This document shows, piece after piece, positions 62,588 to 64,000 of a DNA stretch of 64,000 nt (its first letter is position 1; each line of letters begins with the position of its first letter). A program made the translations under genes and the position numbers. This stretch comes from Azolla caroliniana. Its lineage: Eukaryota > Plantae > Polypodiophyta. A model generated the notes under the pieces. That model had not been told where the DNA came from, did not search any database, and saw only the letters and a program-made list of their open reading frames with translations. The stretch lies in NCBI GenBank assembly GCA_043228905.1, contig JBHGNT010000021.1:12648001-12712000 (forward strand), read 5' to 3'.

Positions 62588-63376
62588 TGTCGGGATATTA
62601 TGCAAGTGCGTGTGGAATCGAGGCGGGACCGCGGGGGTCTCGAACCAAAGAGCAAGCGAGGGAGGGGAAAGAGAGAGAACCGGCTACGCAGGACCGGGGT
62701 ACACAGGGACACGGCCCTTCAGCACGGAGAACACGAACAGACACCGACACAGACAGATGCGAATGGCTAAATGTGTATATTAAGAAAAACGGCTAACACG
62801 ACTACAACCCTCGACGGGGCACAGGTTGGTTACGACCGAACAGGCCGGCGAACAGATGCCGATGCCTGTTCACTTCGACGCTCAAAGGGGCTGTAGCTGG
62901 TCGGAGGTGCTGCCGGAAGCACTCGGGCGTTCCTCGAAAACAGCGCGAGCCTCCTCGGAACCCTGCACGGAAAGCTATGGGGCTCAAGAAGGAAGGAAAC
63001 AGAGAGCGAAGCGTCCAGAAACGGTCCGGCAGCACTTCGTCCTCTCTGCGCGAGATATCCCTGCAACAGCTCTTTCCCGCTCCTTATATATGCCGACGAG
63101 CAGGCCGTCCTGTCAGCTTTATTCCCTGTCCCTTTTGGACAGGGATCCGCTCCGTTTTTCACGCATCCGCGTAGTTACGCCGCCGACTCGTACAGTTCGC
63201 GCGCGCGACCGAAAAGACTGTTCGCGCGGTCTTTGTCTCCACTTGAGTTAGGGCCCGTTCCTGCCGATTATCCTCCTAATTCGCTTCTATGTACTACTTG
63301 GAGCGTGCGCGCGTGAAGAACCGGTTCCCACGCCTTGGTGCGCCGATTCCGCCTATGGACGGTTTTCTTCACGACA
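62588..63376 (-). repeat. 5' LTR
   Basis: Direct repeat of 56079-56867; TATATAA on the element strand. Confidence 0.97.
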
Positions 63377-63380
63377 ACGT

Positions 63381-64000
63381 GAAGGGCGGCAAGGGAGCAT
63401 GGAGATGGAAGAAGACTTCGACTTTGAGGAGATGATGGCAAAGATCGTGATGGAAGCCGGACGGAAGATGGCGAAGCGAGATGTGGCTCAACAAGCCGTC
63501 GAAAGGGTGGTCGATCGAGTCGGCCGGTTCAATGGGAATGAGGTCCTAAAAATTTTGGGAGCCTACAAGGCCGAGATGGCGAAAGGGGGCGTAGACGAGG
63601 CGATGCGGCTAGAGTAATTTCCTCGAGTGGCGGCCGTATCGGTGCACAAGGAGGTCAAGGAGCTACGAGAAGCTCATGAGTCATGGGTGTCCTTTGAGGG
63701 AGCCCTATTGGAGGCGTACGGGTACACAAAACCGGAAGGAAGAGGTCAACATGAGTTCGATCGGTGGGTGTGCCGGCAACATGATGCGAGGCGGTCGGCC
63801 ACAACACGGCCCGCGAGCGGCGGAGAAGAGAGAACGGCGAGTGAGTACGCACTACCGCCGGAAGAGAGCTCAACGCAAAACGGTTCGGAGGAGCTCGACC
63901 TAGAGGTGCTAATACGGGAGGCATGCAGGCTTGTGAAGGCGAAAATCAGAGCCGAAGAAGGGCTTGTTATGGAGTCGGGCCGGAGGCGATCGGAGGATGC
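63381..64000 (+). mobile_element. Continuation of the host gypsy element: degenerate gag from ATG 63399
   Basis: AVERVVDRVGRFNG...AEM...*FPRVA...SWVSFEGALLEAYG is homologous to the Gag of the young element. Confidence 0.85.

Larger units (their letters stand above)
56079..63376 (-). mobile_element. Full-length, very young Ty3/gypsy LTR retrotransposon (7298 bp), no chromodomain, TSD ACGT
   Basis: Two 789-bp LTRs with TGTCG...CGACA termini, PBS, PPT, gag-PR and RT-RH-IN ORFs; ACGT on both flanks (56075-56078 and 63377-63380). Confidence 0.98.

Overview
Eukaryotic nuclear DNA from a land plant, probably a non-seed plant such as a fern (inferred from gene and transposon types; not provable here). 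It holds two intact multi-exon host genes on the minus strand: a plastid-type two-domain DJ-1/PfpI gene (16819-19755, 8 exons, 434 aa) and a STICHEL-like DnaX/clamp-loader AAA+ gene (27570-32307, 6 exons, 1345 aa). The rest is nested retroelements: several Ty1/copia copies, a chromovirus, L1 remnants and two copies of an (ATCT)n-tailed LINE. The most striking object is a very young 7.3-kb Ty3/gypsy element (56079-63376) with apparently identical 789-bp LTRs. It has an 18-nt tRNA-Trp primer site, a Gag+protease ORF1 with an atypical D-H-G catalytic motif, and RT-RH-IN reached by a probable -1 frameshift at G_GAU_UUU_UAG that is conserved in an older copy. It made a 4-bp ACGT target duplication inside the tRNA-Trp primer site of a related element. 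Other oddities: a nested double inversion in a copia/gypsy chimera, loss of the arginine finger and sensor-2 in the STICHEL-like ATPase, a telomere-motif minisatellite upstream of that gene, and an array of palindromes next to a decayed RING gene. All coordinates were read by eye; no database searches were run.
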